Source: Deltaproteobacteria bacterium
GTDB lineage: Bacteria > Lernaellota > Lernaellaia > JACKCT01
Direction: 5' to 3'
DNA: 64,000 bases
Assembly (NCBI GenBank): GCA_020633895.1
Contig: JACKCT010000001.1
Location: 462,130-526,129 of the forward strand
Of the stretch, positions 38,402-47,729 are shown in pieces (the stretch's first letter is position 1; every line of letters begins with the position of its first letter). The notes beneath the pieces are model-generated. The model searched no databases. It saw only the letters and a program-made list of their open reading frames with translations, and was not told the origin of the DNA. The translations under genes and the position numbers were made by a program.

Positions 38402-39649
38402 CTACGGCCCGACGGACGCCGGCGGCTGGTTGAGCGTGGGCGTGGCCAGCTCCGAAACCCAATCGGTGAGCATCTTGTCGCCCACTTCCATGGTGAAGTA
38501 TTCAGGCGAGGTCACGATGCCGTGGCCGGTGCCCGGCGCGATGTACACGGACCACTGCTCGGTGTCCTTGAGGACGTTGTTGCGCAGGTCGACCAGGGAA
38601 TTCTCATAAGCGTTGGCGTCGATGGCCACATCCTCGCCGTAGAGATTGCGCATCGTTTCGTCACCGGCGTAGGAGAACAGGCCGAAGGTGCTCTCGTCGT
38701 ATTCGAGGGCGATGAACTGCTGAATGAACTCCATGCCCGAGTTGCCCACGCCGCCGGTGCAGTTTTCGCAGTCCTCGGGAAGTTCGATGCCCCACTGCAG
38801 CTTGAAGCCGGTCTGCTCCAAAACCGAGAAGACGTTGTTGTCCTTGGGCATGGGGAACGAGTCGTTGAACACGCGGATGGTGTTGTCGTCGAAGGCCGCC
38901 TCGAACTCGATGGCCGCCCAGTTGGTGCCCATGCCGCCGGCGTCCTGGCCGACGATGAACACGCGCTTGAGGCCCGTGAAGTACTGGCCGATCAGGTCGG
39001 CGACATTGCGCATATTGCGGATGCCCACGTAGATCTGACGGGCTTCCACGCCCTCGGCCTTGCCGTTTTCCTCAAAGCCCACGTGCAGATCGCCCGTGCA
39101 ATAGGGGATCACCACGTTGTTCCAGTTGGCGAACTCGCTGACGTTGGACTCGGAGCCGGTGCCGTCCGAGAGGATGCCCGCGTTAAGCGACGTGTCGGCC
39201 TGCATCTGCGTCTTGCCGTACTTGGCCGGGTTGGCGTCGCACGAGTCCTTGTCGGCGCAGGCGCCGCCGCCTTGCAGGAAGATCATCAGGTCGTCCGAGC
39301 CCTCGCCCTCCTGCAGGCGCACCGCGATGCCCGTCTGGGAGCCGTCGCGGCACAGGTTGCCGACCACGGGGATCCACACCCAGTCGCCGACGTTGGCCTC
39401 GGCCTCGGAGAATGTGTCCGCGATTGTTGTGTCGTCGTCGCCCAGGTCGTCGTCGTCATCGTCGACCGTGTCGTCATCCGACGTGTCGTCGTCAGTCGTA
39501 TCGTCATCGTCCGCGGTGTCGTCGTCCGCGGTGTCGTCGTCGTCATCGTCATCGCCGCTGCTGGCGCAGGCCAAGCCCAACGCCGTCGTCGCCGCGAATA
39601 ATCCCACCAACACGATCACCCACAAAAGGGTGCGCCGTTGCCTATCCAT
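38402..39649 (-). CDS. PAE/Notum-like paralog lipoprotein with Asp-rich linker; nucleophile motif GQDAGG (Ser to Asp)
   Basis: Same architecture as 36951..38228 (lipobox LACASSGDDDDDDD; GGGACADKDSC; YCTGDLHVG) but the GxSxG Ser is Asp; GGAGG RBS before the ATG at ~39649. Confidence 0.7.
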   Translation of the reverse strand: MDRQRRTLLWVIVLVGLFAATTALGLACASSGDDDDDDDTADDDTADDDDTTDDDTSDDDTVDDDDDDLGDDDTTIADTFSEAEANVGDWVWIPVVGNLCRDGSQTGIAVRLQEGEGSDDLMIFLQGGGACADKDSCDANPAKYGKTQMQADTSLNAGILSDGTGSESNVSEFANWNNVVIPYCTGDLHVGFEENGKAEGVEARQIYVGIRNMRNVADLIGQYFTGLKRVFIVGQDAGGMGTNWAAIEFEAAFDDNTIRVFNDSFPMPKDNNVFSVLEQTGFKLQWGIELPEDCENCTGGVGNSGMEFIQQFIALEYDESTFGLFSYAGDETMRNLYGEDVAIDANAYENSLVDLRNNVLKDTEQWSVYIAPGTGHGIVTSPEYFTMEVGDKMLTDWVSELATPTLNQPPASVGP

Positions 39650-39697
39650 CCGGTGTACCTCCAAGGCGGCACTGACCGCCAAGACCATTTCATTCAG

Positions 39698-41263
39698 CTA
39701 ATTAAAATCCCGCCAGCCCTTCTTGTAAAGGTTAAACAGCAGCGGGGCCTCCAAAGTGTTCACAGGGCCGTCAATGCGCAAATTATCGTTTCCAAAGGCA
39801 AACATGGCCGAAAGTGCGCCGGGATTCAAGTACTTCGTCTTGACGCGGGGCGTCAGGCGCAACGGCTCGATGGGCTCCCGGGAGGCCATGACGAATCCCC
39901 ATTCGCCGAAGGACGGAACGAGCACGTGATAGGGATAGGCGTGCATCTCGTCCGGCGCGGCATCGGGAAACGCCGCCTCCATCGTCCGCACGATGCACCA
40001 AAAAGCCTCGGGAGCGTAGAAGGGCGACGTGGCCTGCGTGACCATCACGCCCTGGGCGGAAAGGCGCCGGGCCAGGAGGGCGTAGAATGCTCGCGAATAC
40101 AGGCGCGAGAGATTGTCCGAACTCGGATCGGGCAGGTCGACGAAAATCGCGTCGTAAAAATCCCGATCGCCCTCGACGAACGTCATCGCGTCCTGATTGA
40201 CGACACGCACCCGCGAATCGCCGAGACTGCCTTGGTTGAGGTCGACCAGGTCCGTGCGCGTGGAGGCGATCTTTGTCATCACCGGGTCCAGGTCGACCAG
40301 GGTGACGGATTTGACGGACGGGTATTTAAGCACCTCCCGCGTCGCCAGCCCGTCGCCGCCGCCCAGGATCAACACCGACTGCACCGGCGCGGCGGCCTCC
40401 ATGGCGGGGATCACGAGCGGTTCGTGGTAACGGGCCTCGTCGACGGACGAGAATTGGATGTGGCCGTTGAGGAAGAGGCGCACATCGTCGCGCCAGCGGG
40501 TGATGACAATGCGTTGGTAGGGGGTGTCCTCGGTGTAGACGACCTCGTCCTGGTAAAGCAGATCCTCAATGAAATGCACCGCCTTGACCGAATAGGCCAG
40601 CGACCCGAGCAGCACGACCATCGCCGCCGCCCATCCGCCGACCAGCCACCGTTTGCGTCCCGGCACCAGGGACATCGCCGCCCACGCGACCGCCAGGTTC
40701 ATCAGTCCGAAAACCACCGACGCCCGCGCCAAGCCCAGCACCGGCAAAGCCAGGAGAGGAAAGAGGATCGTCCCCGCCAGCGCGCCCAGGTAGTCCAATG
40801 CCAGGACGTTGCTCAGCACCCCGGTGGTGTCCGCGTCCGGATCGTCGCCGGAGAGGATGCGCACCAGGATCGGGATCTCCGCACCGATCAGCAGGCCGAG
40901 CACGGCGCATAGGCCGTAGAAGAAAACCGGGAACCACGGGTCGAAGAAAGCCGAGAACGCGAAGACGCTCATCGAACTGGTGCCGCCGACGACGCCGAGC
41001 CAGATTTCGATAGATACGAAGCGGCGCAGCAAATGTTTGCGGATGAATTGGGCCAGATACGATCCCGCGCCCATGGACGACAGAAAGACACCGATGACCA
41101 GGGAGAACTGCGTGACGGCGTCACCGCGCAGATAGCTGGAAATGGCCCCGGCGACCAACTCGTAGACCAGACCGCACGCCGCGACGACGAAGACCGTCGC
41201 CAGCAGGATCATGCGGCGGCGATTGGTGAGAGGCGGAGAAGGTGTGATATCGGGGGACGCCAT
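39698..41263 (-). CDS. speE: membrane-fused polyamine aminopropyltransferase (spermidine synthase with N-terminal multi-TM domain)
   Basis: N-terminal ~7 TM helices; C-terminal LILGGGDGLATREVLKYPSV...IFVDLPDPSS spermidine synthase motifs. Confidence 0.8.
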   Translation of the reverse strand: MASPDITPSPPLTNRRRMILLATVFVVAACGLVYELVAGAISSYLRGDAVTQFSLVIGVFLSSMGAGSYLAQFIRKHLLRRFVSIEIWLGVVGGTSSMSVFAFSAFFDPWFPVFFYGLCAVLGLLIGAEIPILVRILSGDDPDADTTGVLSNVLALDYLGALAGTILFPLLALPVLGLARASVVFGLMNLAVAWAAMSLVPGRKRWLVGGWAAAMVVLLGSLAYSVKAVHFIEDLLYQDEVVYTEDTPYQRIVITRWRDDVRLFLNGHIQFSSVDEARYHEPLVIPAMEAAAPVQSVLILGGGDGLATREVLKYPSVKSVTLVDLDPVMTKIASTRTDLVDLNQGSLGDSRVRVVNQDAMTFVEGDRDFYDAIFVDLPDPSSDNLSRLYSRAFYALLARRLSAQGVMVTQATSPFYAPEAFWCIVRTMEAAFPDAAPDEMHAYPYHVLVPSFGEWGFVMASREPIEPLRLTPRVKTKYLNPGALSAMFAFGNDNLRIDGPVNTLEAPLLFNLYKKGWRDFN

Positions 41264-41285
41264 TGAAGTTTACAACCCACGACAA

Positions 41286-41358
41286 TTCAGAGCCGCGCGC
41301 GTCAGCAAGCGGGTTGCCGCGACAAACCAACCCGCTCCCTCACGGTCGCGGCTCTGAA
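41286..41358. repeat. REP-like palindromic repeat, family A (short 73-bp form)
   Basis: TTCAGAGCCGCGCGCGTCAGCAAGCGGGTTG CCGCGACAAA CCAACCCGCTCCCTCACGGTCGCGGCTCTGAA; the arm variants are swapped left/right relative to the 14071 copy. Confidence 0.5.
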
Positions 41359-41385
41359 AGACCGAAGGCAAATCACCATCAAGGT

Positions 41386-41610
41386 CTACGACGAAATCAC
41401 CGCGCCGATGATGATCGCCAGGCCGATGATCACCGCGCCGACGATGAGCGCGAGGGCCATGTTCTGGTCGTCCTCGATCTCCTTGCGGATCGAAAACGGC
41501 GCGATCTTCACTATTGCCCAGAAGGCCAGGGAGAAGATCACAATGCCGATCGCGGTGTAGACCAGCGTCTGCACCAGGGGGGCGAGGGGGACAAGTTCGG
41601 TGGTGTTCAT
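41386..41610 (-). CDS. DUF350 domain membrane protein
   Basis: ~74 aa, two TM helices (LVYTAIGIVIFSLAFWAIV; ALALIVGAVIIGLAIIIGAVI); start taken at MNTTELV. Confidence 0.65.
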   Translation of the reverse strand: MNTTELVPLAPLVQTLVYTAIGIVIFSLAFWAIVKIAPFSIRKEIEDDQNMALALIVGAVIIGLAIIIGAVISS

Positions 41611-41659
41611 GGTGTCTCCTGACCTGTTCGTTCCAAGAAAACGGCGAGGCACATCGCCG

Positions 41660-41875
41660 CTATTTTCCGCCGCCAAGGCCGCCGCCCATATGGGAGCGCG
41701 TGCCGTACCATAAAAAGAATCCGGAGGGCCGATGGCCGCTGCCGTCGCGCAGGCTGATGCCCTGTTGTTCGTTGAGTTCGGACGCGCCGACGTTGAGCAG
41801 CGTCAAGGCACCGGCGAAGATCGTCCCGGCGACCATGGCGCCGATGAGAAAGGTGATCACGCCTCGTCCAAGCAT
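41660..41875 (-). CDS. small hypothetical membrane protein
   Basis: 71 aa, one TM helix, Gly-rich C-terminus; sits between the DUF350 and DUF4178 genes on the same strand; weak support. Confidence 0.3.
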   Translation of the reverse strand: MLGRGVITFLIGAMVAGTIFAGALTLLNVGASELNEQQGISLRDGSGHRPSGFFLWYGTRSHMGGGLGGGK

Positions 41876-41925
41876 GGGGACTCCTTCGACGTCGGAAAAC
41901 TGGTGTTATGCATGGGGGTTGTCCA

Positions 41926-43278
41926 TCAGTCGTCGTCCTCTTCCTCGATGTGGCCGCGCCAGGACGCGTACGACACGCCGTAGAGCAGCAGCAATGCGCC
42001 GCAGAAGATCGTCGATGCCAGGAACCACCACGGCACCATCGCGCCTTGGTAGATCCGCACGCCCACATCCGACGGCGCCCGGCCCATCGTTTCGTTGACG
42101 CCCGAGTTGCCGCCGCCCTGGAACATGATCCGATAGTCGGCGGTGCGGTCGATCCGCCAATATTTGGTCGTGCTGTGCGAGCCCTCGCTCCACGATTCGC
42201 CGCCTTCGATGCCGTGGTAATATTCCATGTCCACATCGTCCGCATGCACCAACATCTCGTCGCGCACCAGTCCGATATTCAGCGCCAGCCAATCGTTGTT
42301 GAGCTGGGGGGCGCTGATCTTCACCTTCACCACGCCGGGACGCAGGTGGAATTCGTTGGTCATCACCTCGCCGGCCAGCCGGGACGCCGCCACGGATTCC
42401 TCATGCACCAGCGATCCCTTGCCCATCACCAGGCCGAAAAGAACCGCGTTGACGATCAGGCCGGCGATCATCGCCGCCATCGCCATCTTGAAACGACGCA
42501 TTTTCTGCGCCGCGTCCAGGTGTTCGCCCAGATCGGGAAAGACCTTCTCGTCCTTGCCGGTGCATCGACGCATTTCCTGGGGCGAGACCCGGTGGCCGAT
42601 GCCGTATTCGATCTCCTTGCTTCGCTTTTCCGCTTCGTAGAACTCGCCGCTGCCGCTCTTGTCGGCAAACTCGGCATACTGAACCCAGTTGCCGATGCGC
42701 GCTTTCCAGGGCAGGGCGCCGTCGACGTAGGACAACGTCATGCGGCCGGTCTCTTCCAGGACCCACTTGCGGTTGTCGTAGGTTTCCATCGCGTCGCCCG
42801 GATCTCCGTCCACGAACGGATCGCTGGTGGGCATGACGTGCGTGGCGACCGAAAGGGTGTAGCGACCGGCGTATTCGGAAAGCCACAACGGGCCCCGGCG
42901 CGGGTTCCATAGGAGATAATCGCGGGTCGGGTCCCAGGTCTCGCCGTCTTCCACCCAGGCCAGGCGACCGATGACCTCGTAGCGCGCTCCCTTGTGCCGG
43001 AACGAGTCGCCGACCCGAAGGGCGAAGCGCCACTGGGCGTCGTCTCCCTTGGCGCCGACGACTTGCAACTCGGTTTCCGACAGATCCAGCAGGCTGCCGC
43101 AGTATTGGCACGAGACGGTCTGCGCCCGCTCCGTGACGACCGTCAGGCCCGCTCCGCAATTCGGGCAATGGATGTCCAGGGGTTTGTACTCGGGCCGCTT
43201 GCGTCCCGCGCCCAGGGCGAAACGATCGCCGAGGCCTCCGCCGCTTTCGATGGATTCATGGGCGACGTTGCGACTCAC
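41926..43278 (-). CDS. DUF4178 domain protein with N-terminal zinc-ribbon and C-terminal TM segment
   Basis: CPNCGA...CQYCG zinc ribbon; 450 aa; hydrophobic C-terminal helix; start overlaps the upstream gene's stop. Confidence 0.7.
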   Translation of the reverse strand: MSRNVAHESIESGGGLGDRFALGAGRKRPEYKPLDIHCPNCGAGLTVVTERAQTVSCQYCGSLLDLSETELQVVGAKGDDAQWRFALRVGDSFRHKGARYEVIGRLAWVEDGETWDPTRDYLLWNPRRGPLWLSEYAGRYTLSVATHVMPTSDPFVDGDPGDAMETYDNRKWVLEETGRMTLSYVDGALPWKARIGNWVQYAEFADKSGSGEFYEAEKRSKEIEYGIGHRVSPQEMRRCTGKDEKVFPDLGEHLDAAQKMRRFKMAMAAMIAGLIVNAVLFGLVMGKGSLVHEESVAASRLAGEVMTNEFHLRPGVVKVKISAPQLNNDWLALNIGLVRDEMLVHADDVDMEYYHGIEGGESWSEGSHSTTKYWRIDRTADYRIMFQGGGNSGVNETMGRAPSDVGVRIYQGAMVPWWFLASTIFCGALLLLYGVSYASWRGHIEEEDDD

Positions 43279-43904
43279 CAGTCGTCCCCCTCGTCATCCA
43301 GGCGCATCGCCGCGTATTTGAGCCAGTGGCCGCGAAAGAGCGTCGGCGGGGTGTCGTCGTATTCGACGGAAAGGTTATAGCGGCCGTCCGGGCTGGAGGC
43401 GTCGGCGTAGCGATATTCTTCGCCGATCGTCACCACTTTGGGCAGATCCCCTTCCACGCCGATGCATTTGGCCGTGCCCACTTCCTCGACAACGAAACGC
43501 TCGTCGCCGACCGCCAACCAAGCGCCCACTTTCGGAGATCGGGACGAAAAATCCTTCGGCGTGTCGATTTGCTTTTGCAGGGACAACTCGCCGTCGTCCT
43601 CGGTGAGCCACTCCACGCTTCCGTCATGCATTTCCAGGTACCATTCGTCCCAGAATCCCTCGCCGTACGAATATCGCGCCCGGCCCAGGACACAGAAGCG
43701 CCGCTGGAACAGCGACCCGGTCGCGCCTCGGTAGAGTCGGGTAAAGCCTTCGGGCAGCACGGCCTGCTTGCCGGCGTCCTGGATGCGCCCTTCGTCCCAA
43801 TAGACCGCGTTATCGCAGTATTCGCACACGAACATGGCCAAGCCGGGATTGTAGATCTCGTGGGGCGCGCCGCAGGACGGACAAGTGATGAAGCGATCGG
43901 CCAT
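43275..43904 (-). CDS. zinc-ribbon / DUF4178-like protein (shorter paralog)
   Basis: MADRFITCPSCGAP...CEYCDNAVYW zinc-ribbon N-terminus like 41926..43278; start chosen at an internal Met (ATGA overlap with speH stop). Confidence 0.6.
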   Translation of the reverse strand: MADRFITCPSCGAPHEIYNPGLAMFVCEYCDNAVYWDEGRIQDAGKQAVLPEGFTRLYRGATGSLFQRRFCVLGRARYSYGEGFWDEWYLEMHDGSVEWLTEDDGELSLQKQIDTPKDFSSRSPKVGAWLAVGDERFVVEEVGTAKCIGVEGDLPKVVTIGEEYRYADASSPDGRYNLSVEYDDTPPTLFRGHWLKYAAMRLDDEGDDW

Positions 43905-44299
43905 CAGGACGCCTCGCCCGGCTTGCGTTCGTGGCTGGGGGGCTCCATGCCCCGGGCGATGGAGGTGACTCGGTGCTCCTCGGAGGGAAGGGCGGCCACC
44001 AGACCCTCGACGATGCGCTCCCCGATGGAGGGGTCGCCGCAGGTGAACACGTCCAATGTCGCCGCGCCGCGCTCGGGCCAAGTGTGGATCGTGACATGGC
44101 TTTCGGCCAGGATCACCACGCCGGTTACGCCCTGGGGTTCGAAACGGCGGAAGTGCGTTGCGAGGATGGTGGCTCCGCCGTCCCGGGCGCAGCGGCTCAG
44201 CGTCGCCTCCAAGGCGGATTCGTCGTCCAGCAGCGCCGCGTCGACCCCGAAAAGGTCGAGCAGATGGTGCGTGCCGAGTGCGGAAGTATGAGGCATCAC
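43904..44299 (-). CDS. speH: S-adenosylmethionine decarboxylase proenzyme (class 1 small type)
   Basis: LGTHHLLDLFGVD and ESHVTIHTWPE motifs (conserved self-processing site region of bacterial SpeH/SpeD). Confidence 0.85.
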   Translation of the reverse strand: MMPHTSALGTHHLLDLFGVDAALLDDESALEATLSRCARDGGATILATHFRRFEPQGVTGVVILAESHVTIHTWPERGAATLDVFTCGDPSIGERIVEGLVAALPSEEHRVTSIARGMEPPSHERKPGEAS

Positions 44300-44481
44300 G
44301 TCAGTTCGAGCGATCTATCGTTGGCGGTGAAATCCTGCGATTCCTCTTACGGATACACGAATCGGGCGTGCCTTGCCAGTCCAAAGATCCCTTGGATTTA
44401 TCCCGCCCGTCGGATACCGTGATCCGGCGGCGCGGATGTCGCGAAAAATCACCCATAGACTTCATCGAAAGCGAGGGGGCC

Positions 44482-44718
44482 ATGAGCGAACCGAAGATTG
44501 CGGCGAAGATGCCGGCGGTGTTGGACTTGGAAGCGGGCGACTACAAATGGTGCGCGTGCGGCATGTCGGCCAACCAGCCTTTTTGCGACGGCTCCCACGC
44601 CGGGTCGGGGATGTTCCCCATGCCGGTCAAAATCGAAGCCCCCAAGAAGGTCGCCCTCTGCCAATGCAAGCACTCGGCGAACAAACCCTTCTGCGACGGG
44701 ACGCACTCGGGGTTGTAG
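44482..44718 (+). CDS. CDGSH iron-sulfur domain protein (two CDGSH-type motifs)
   Basis: 78 aa with CACGMSANQPFCDGSH and CQCKHSANKPFCDGTH; the longer ORF-track N-terminal extension is not supported. Confidence 0.8.
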   Translation: MSEPKIAAKMPAVLDLEAGDYKWCACGMSANQPFCDGSHAGSGMFPMPVKIEAPKKVALCQCKHSANKPFCDGTHSGL

Positions 44719-44841
44719 AGCCACGGCCAATCAGGGTGCCACACTTTCACGGCGCGGTACGCAGCGGGAAGGTGTGAATTTCTGAGCCGCAACCTGTAGG
44801 GAGCGCGTTGGTCCGACCAGACAAACCTGGTCGATCCGACC

Positions 44842-45684
44842 CTAATTCCCCGCCCAGAACGACCGCACACTTTTGTCGTGGTCGTGGATGTATTGGCCGA
44901 TGCGGCGGAAGCGCTCGTCTTCGTCGGTGGAGATCGGCCCGTCTTTCAGGGCCATGAGGGCTTCGTCGACCTGGGCCGCGTCGGCCGGGCCGGACATGCA
45001 CACGTCGATGTCCGGGTTGCTCAAAGCGAATCGATAGCAGTCCCGCCCGCGCAGCGGCGTTTCGCCGTCGGGCACCGCCTTGGGATCGAGCAGCGAACCC
45101 CAGCGCGTCGCCGTGTACGCCACCGTCCCCGGCCGCTCCAACCCGGCCGCCGCCAGCGCGTCCTTCATCGGCGGAAACGTATCCCGCTCCGCCCCCGTAT
45201 GCACCGCGTTGTAGCGAATTTGCAGGATGTCGTAATCCCGTGTCTTGGCGTAGTCCACGAAACTCGGCCGATGGTGGCACGATACGGACAGGGCCTTGAA
45301 CATGCCTTTTTCGCGCATCCGAAGCGCCGCTTCGAGCACGCCCGCCGGCGCTCCATGGTTGTACCAGCCCAATAGCAGCACGTCCGCGTGGTCGATTTTG
45401 AGCTTGCGCAGGCCCATCGCGAAGGTCTTTTCCATCAACAAACCCGACCGGGAATAGCTTTGCAGCACAATCGCCAGCTCGTCCCGTTTTCCGGCCGCGA
45501 CCAGTTCCCGGATCGCGTCGGTCATCCCCGGGGCGCGGCGCGAGCCGTGATACCAGTAGTTGACCCCGTGGTCGAAGGCTTTGAGCAGGGAGGCCTTGTC
45601 GGCGCCGTATCCGCCGGACATGGCCAGCGGCCCCACCGACAGGCCGGATCGTCCCAAAGTTACACGTTCGGGAAAGGCGCCCAT
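44842..45684 (-). CDS. aldo/keto reductase
   Basis: MGAFPERVTLGRSGLSVGPLAMSGGYG... typical AKR N-terminus and TIM-barrel length. Confidence 0.75.
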   Translation of the reverse strand: MGAFPERVTLGRSGLSVGPLAMSGGYGADKASLLKAFDHGVNYWYHGSRRAPGMTDAIRELVAAGKRDELAIVLQSYSRSGLLMEKTFAMGLRKLKIDHADVLLLGWYNHGAPAGVLEAALRMREKGMFKALSVSCHHRPSFVDYAKTRDYDILQIRYNAVHTGAERDTFPPMKDALAAAGLERPGTVAYTATRWGSLLDPKAVPDGETPLRGRDCYRFALSNPDIDVCMSGPADAAQVDEALMALKDGPISTDEDERFRRIGQYIHDHDKSVRSFWAGN

Positions 45685-45795
45685 TTTCGTACCCCCGCAC
45701 CGAAAGTTCACAGGCCGTTGTTGACGACGTCGCGGTGATTCCCCCACAATGTCGCCCACTCATCGTATCATGATGAGGCGCGAAAGGAACCGGAC

Positions 45796-46896
45796 GTGTC
45801 CGAAAACGCCCAGCGACTTCTCGAACAGTACGCCAAGCTCAATGACGAAGAGAAGGCGTTGGTCCGCGCCGAGCTTCTGGCCCAGGCCGAAATGCGCGTC
45901 CGAGGCAACAAATCGTCCGGCGCCAACGGCTCGGCCAACGGCTCGACGTACCGTGCGACCAACGGCGCCGTCAAGGTCTCCCGGCGCGCCGCCGACCATA
46001 TCCCGTCCGGATCGCGCGTTACGCCCACGACCGAGTTCACGCCGCTCACCGACAGCCTCGTGAACTATTTCATCTCCTGCAAAAACGCCTGGTCCCACTA
46101 CATCCCGACGGACCGCTACCGGCCCGGCGACGAGGATCGGCTGGATCTTTTCCGCAAGGACACGCTGGACGCGATCGAGCCGCTGGAATGGCTGCTCAAG
46201 ACCTATTTCCGCTACGAAGCCATCGGCATGGAGAACGTGCCTCAGCAGGGGCGGGCGATCATCATCTCCAACCACGGCCTGCTGCCCATCGACGGCATGT
46301 TTCTCAACTTCGAGATCATGCGTCACACCGGTCGCTGGGTCCGGGGGCTGACCGACTGGCGCATCTATAAGATGCCGTTGCTGCGCCAGTTCTTCATGGA
46401 CATGGGCATCGTCGTCGGGACGCACGAAAACGGCGACCGTCTGCTCAACAATGAAGAGATGATTTTCATCATGCCCGGCGGCTCCAAGGAGGCTTGGAAG
46501 TCCTCCAAATTCCGCTATCGCCTCCTGTGGGACGGGCGCTACGGATTCATCAAGATGGCCCTGCGCAATCAAGCGCCGATCATCCCCTCGGCCAACGTGG
46601 GCACCGACGACACCTACCACGTCTTCTTCGACGGTTACACGACGGCCTACAAGGTCTTCCGTTCCAAGAAGGTGCTGCTGCCCATTAGCTTGCCGATCGG
46701 CCTGGGGGTGTTGCCGATGCCGGTGAAGATGAAGCAGTACATCGGCGAGCCCATCTATCTGCCGTATCCGCCCGAGGCCGCCGACGATCAGGAAGTCGTC
46801 AAGGAGTGCCAACGCCTGGTGAAGGGGCGTGTCTACGAGCTGATCGACCGGGGCCTGCGCGAACGCGAAGAAACCATGCTCAATCGATTTATTTAG
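45796..46896 (+). CDS. lysophospholipid/glycerol acyltransferase family protein (PlsC-like) with N-terminal NG(S/A)-repeat extension
   Basis: SNHGLLPIDG (HxxxxD-like acyltransferase motif) and IMPGGSKE (FPEG-like) motifs; N-terminal SSGANGSANGS repeat resembling the megaprotein linkers. Confidence 0.65.
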   Translation: MSENAQRLLEQYAKLNDEEKALVRAELLAQAEMRVRGNKSSGANGSANGSTYRATNGAVKVSRRAADHIPSGSRVTPTTEFTPLTDSLVNYFISCKNAWSHYIPTDRYRPGDEDRLDLFRKDTLDAIEPLEWLLKTYFRYEAIGMENVPQQGRAIIISNHGLLPIDGMFLNFEIMRHTGRWVRGLTDWRIYKMPLLRQFFMDMGIVVGTHENGDRLLNNEEMIFIMPGGSKEAWKSSKFRYRLLWDGRYGFIKMALRNQAPIIPSANVGTDDTYHVFFDGYTTAYKVFRSKKVLLPISLPIGLGVLPMPVKMKQYIGEPIYLPYPPEAADDQEVVKECQRLVKGRVYELIDRGLREREETMLNRFI

Positions 46897-46923
46897 CCGT
46901 TACATCGTGGCGCTCCGTATCCT

Positions 46924-47058
46924 TCAGAGCCGCGACCGTAAGGGAGCGGGTTGGCCCAACCCGGCACGATCTCTCGATGACCGGGCTGACGACGGAACCA
47001 ACCGCCCCCGTCCGGTTTCCCAGATTCGACCCCAACCGCTCCACCGGTCTTTCACAAA
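46924..47058. repeat. REP-like repeat family A (long, degenerate variant)
   Basis: Left arm TTCAGAGCCGCGACCGTAAGGGAGCGGGTTGG intact; right arm degenerate (CCCCAACCGCTCCACCGGTC). Confidence 0.35.
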
Positions 47059-47183
47059 AAGCGTGACATCGCCGCCACGTCAGGTGACATCGCTCATATC
47101 ATTTTCCTGACCGAACGGTTTTCAATGTTCGCGCTGCATTCCGACGCGTCGCTTTCGGCGTGTCGTTGAGGAGGAAAAAGCCC

Positions 47184-47666
47184 ATGTCCGTCTCTCGCAA
47201 AATGACCCTGCTCGCGTTCCTGATCGCCTTCGCCATGGTCGGTTCCTACGCCGCGCAGGCCCGGGCCCATTGCCAAATCCCCTGCGGTATCTATGACGAC
47301 CACGCGCGCGTCCATCAGATCCGCGAGGACATCACCACCATCGAAAAGGCCGTCACCGGCATCAACGAGCTGGCCGGCAAGACCGATGCCCAAAGCCAGC
47401 AGCAGCTTATCCGCTGGGTGACGAACAAGGAAAAGCACGCCACCAAGATCCAGCGCACCGTCGCCGATTACTTCCTCACGCAGGTCGTCAAACCGGCGGA
47501 CACCGCGGACAAGGACGCTTACTCCAAGTATCTGCTCAAGCTGGCTGATCATCACGCCGTTCTGGTCGCGGCCATGAAATGCAAGCAAAACGCCACCATG
47601 GACGCGGTCAACGCCCTCAAGGCGGCGGTCGACAAGCTGGAGACGTATTATCCGAAATCCGAATAG
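47184..47666 (+). CDS. sodN: nickel superoxide dismutase with Sec-type signal peptide
   Basis: HCQIPCGIYDD matches the NiSOD Ni-hook (HCxxPCGxY); ~130-aa four-helix mature region; N-terminus is a signal peptide with A-R-A just before His1; alternative ATG at 47160. Confidence 0.8.
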   Translation: MSVSRKMTLLAFLIAFAMVGSYAAQARAHCQIPCGIYDDHARVHQIREDITTIEKAVTGINELAGKTDAQSQQQLIRWVTNKEKHATKIQRTVADYFLTQVVKPADTADKDAYSKYLLKLADHHAVLVAAMKCKQNATMDAVNALKAAVDKLETYYPKSE

Positions 47667-47729
47667 TTCGCCCGAACACTTGGGCGACGCGGGACCGATT
47701 CATTAACGAAACGAGAGGAGAACCCGAAC

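Noticed and set aside
44158-44481. Upstream 108-aa extension of the CDGSH ORF
   Set aside because: The extension is Arg/Pro-rich with no features. The 78-aa CDGSH protein from ATG 44482 is the conserved unit.
44747-45763. 338-aa minus ORF in an alternative frame over the aldo/keto reductase, and 45760..46812 minus ORF antisense to the acyltransferase
   Set aside because: The frames with AKR and acyltransferase motifs are preferred. The alternates are Arg/Gly-rich.
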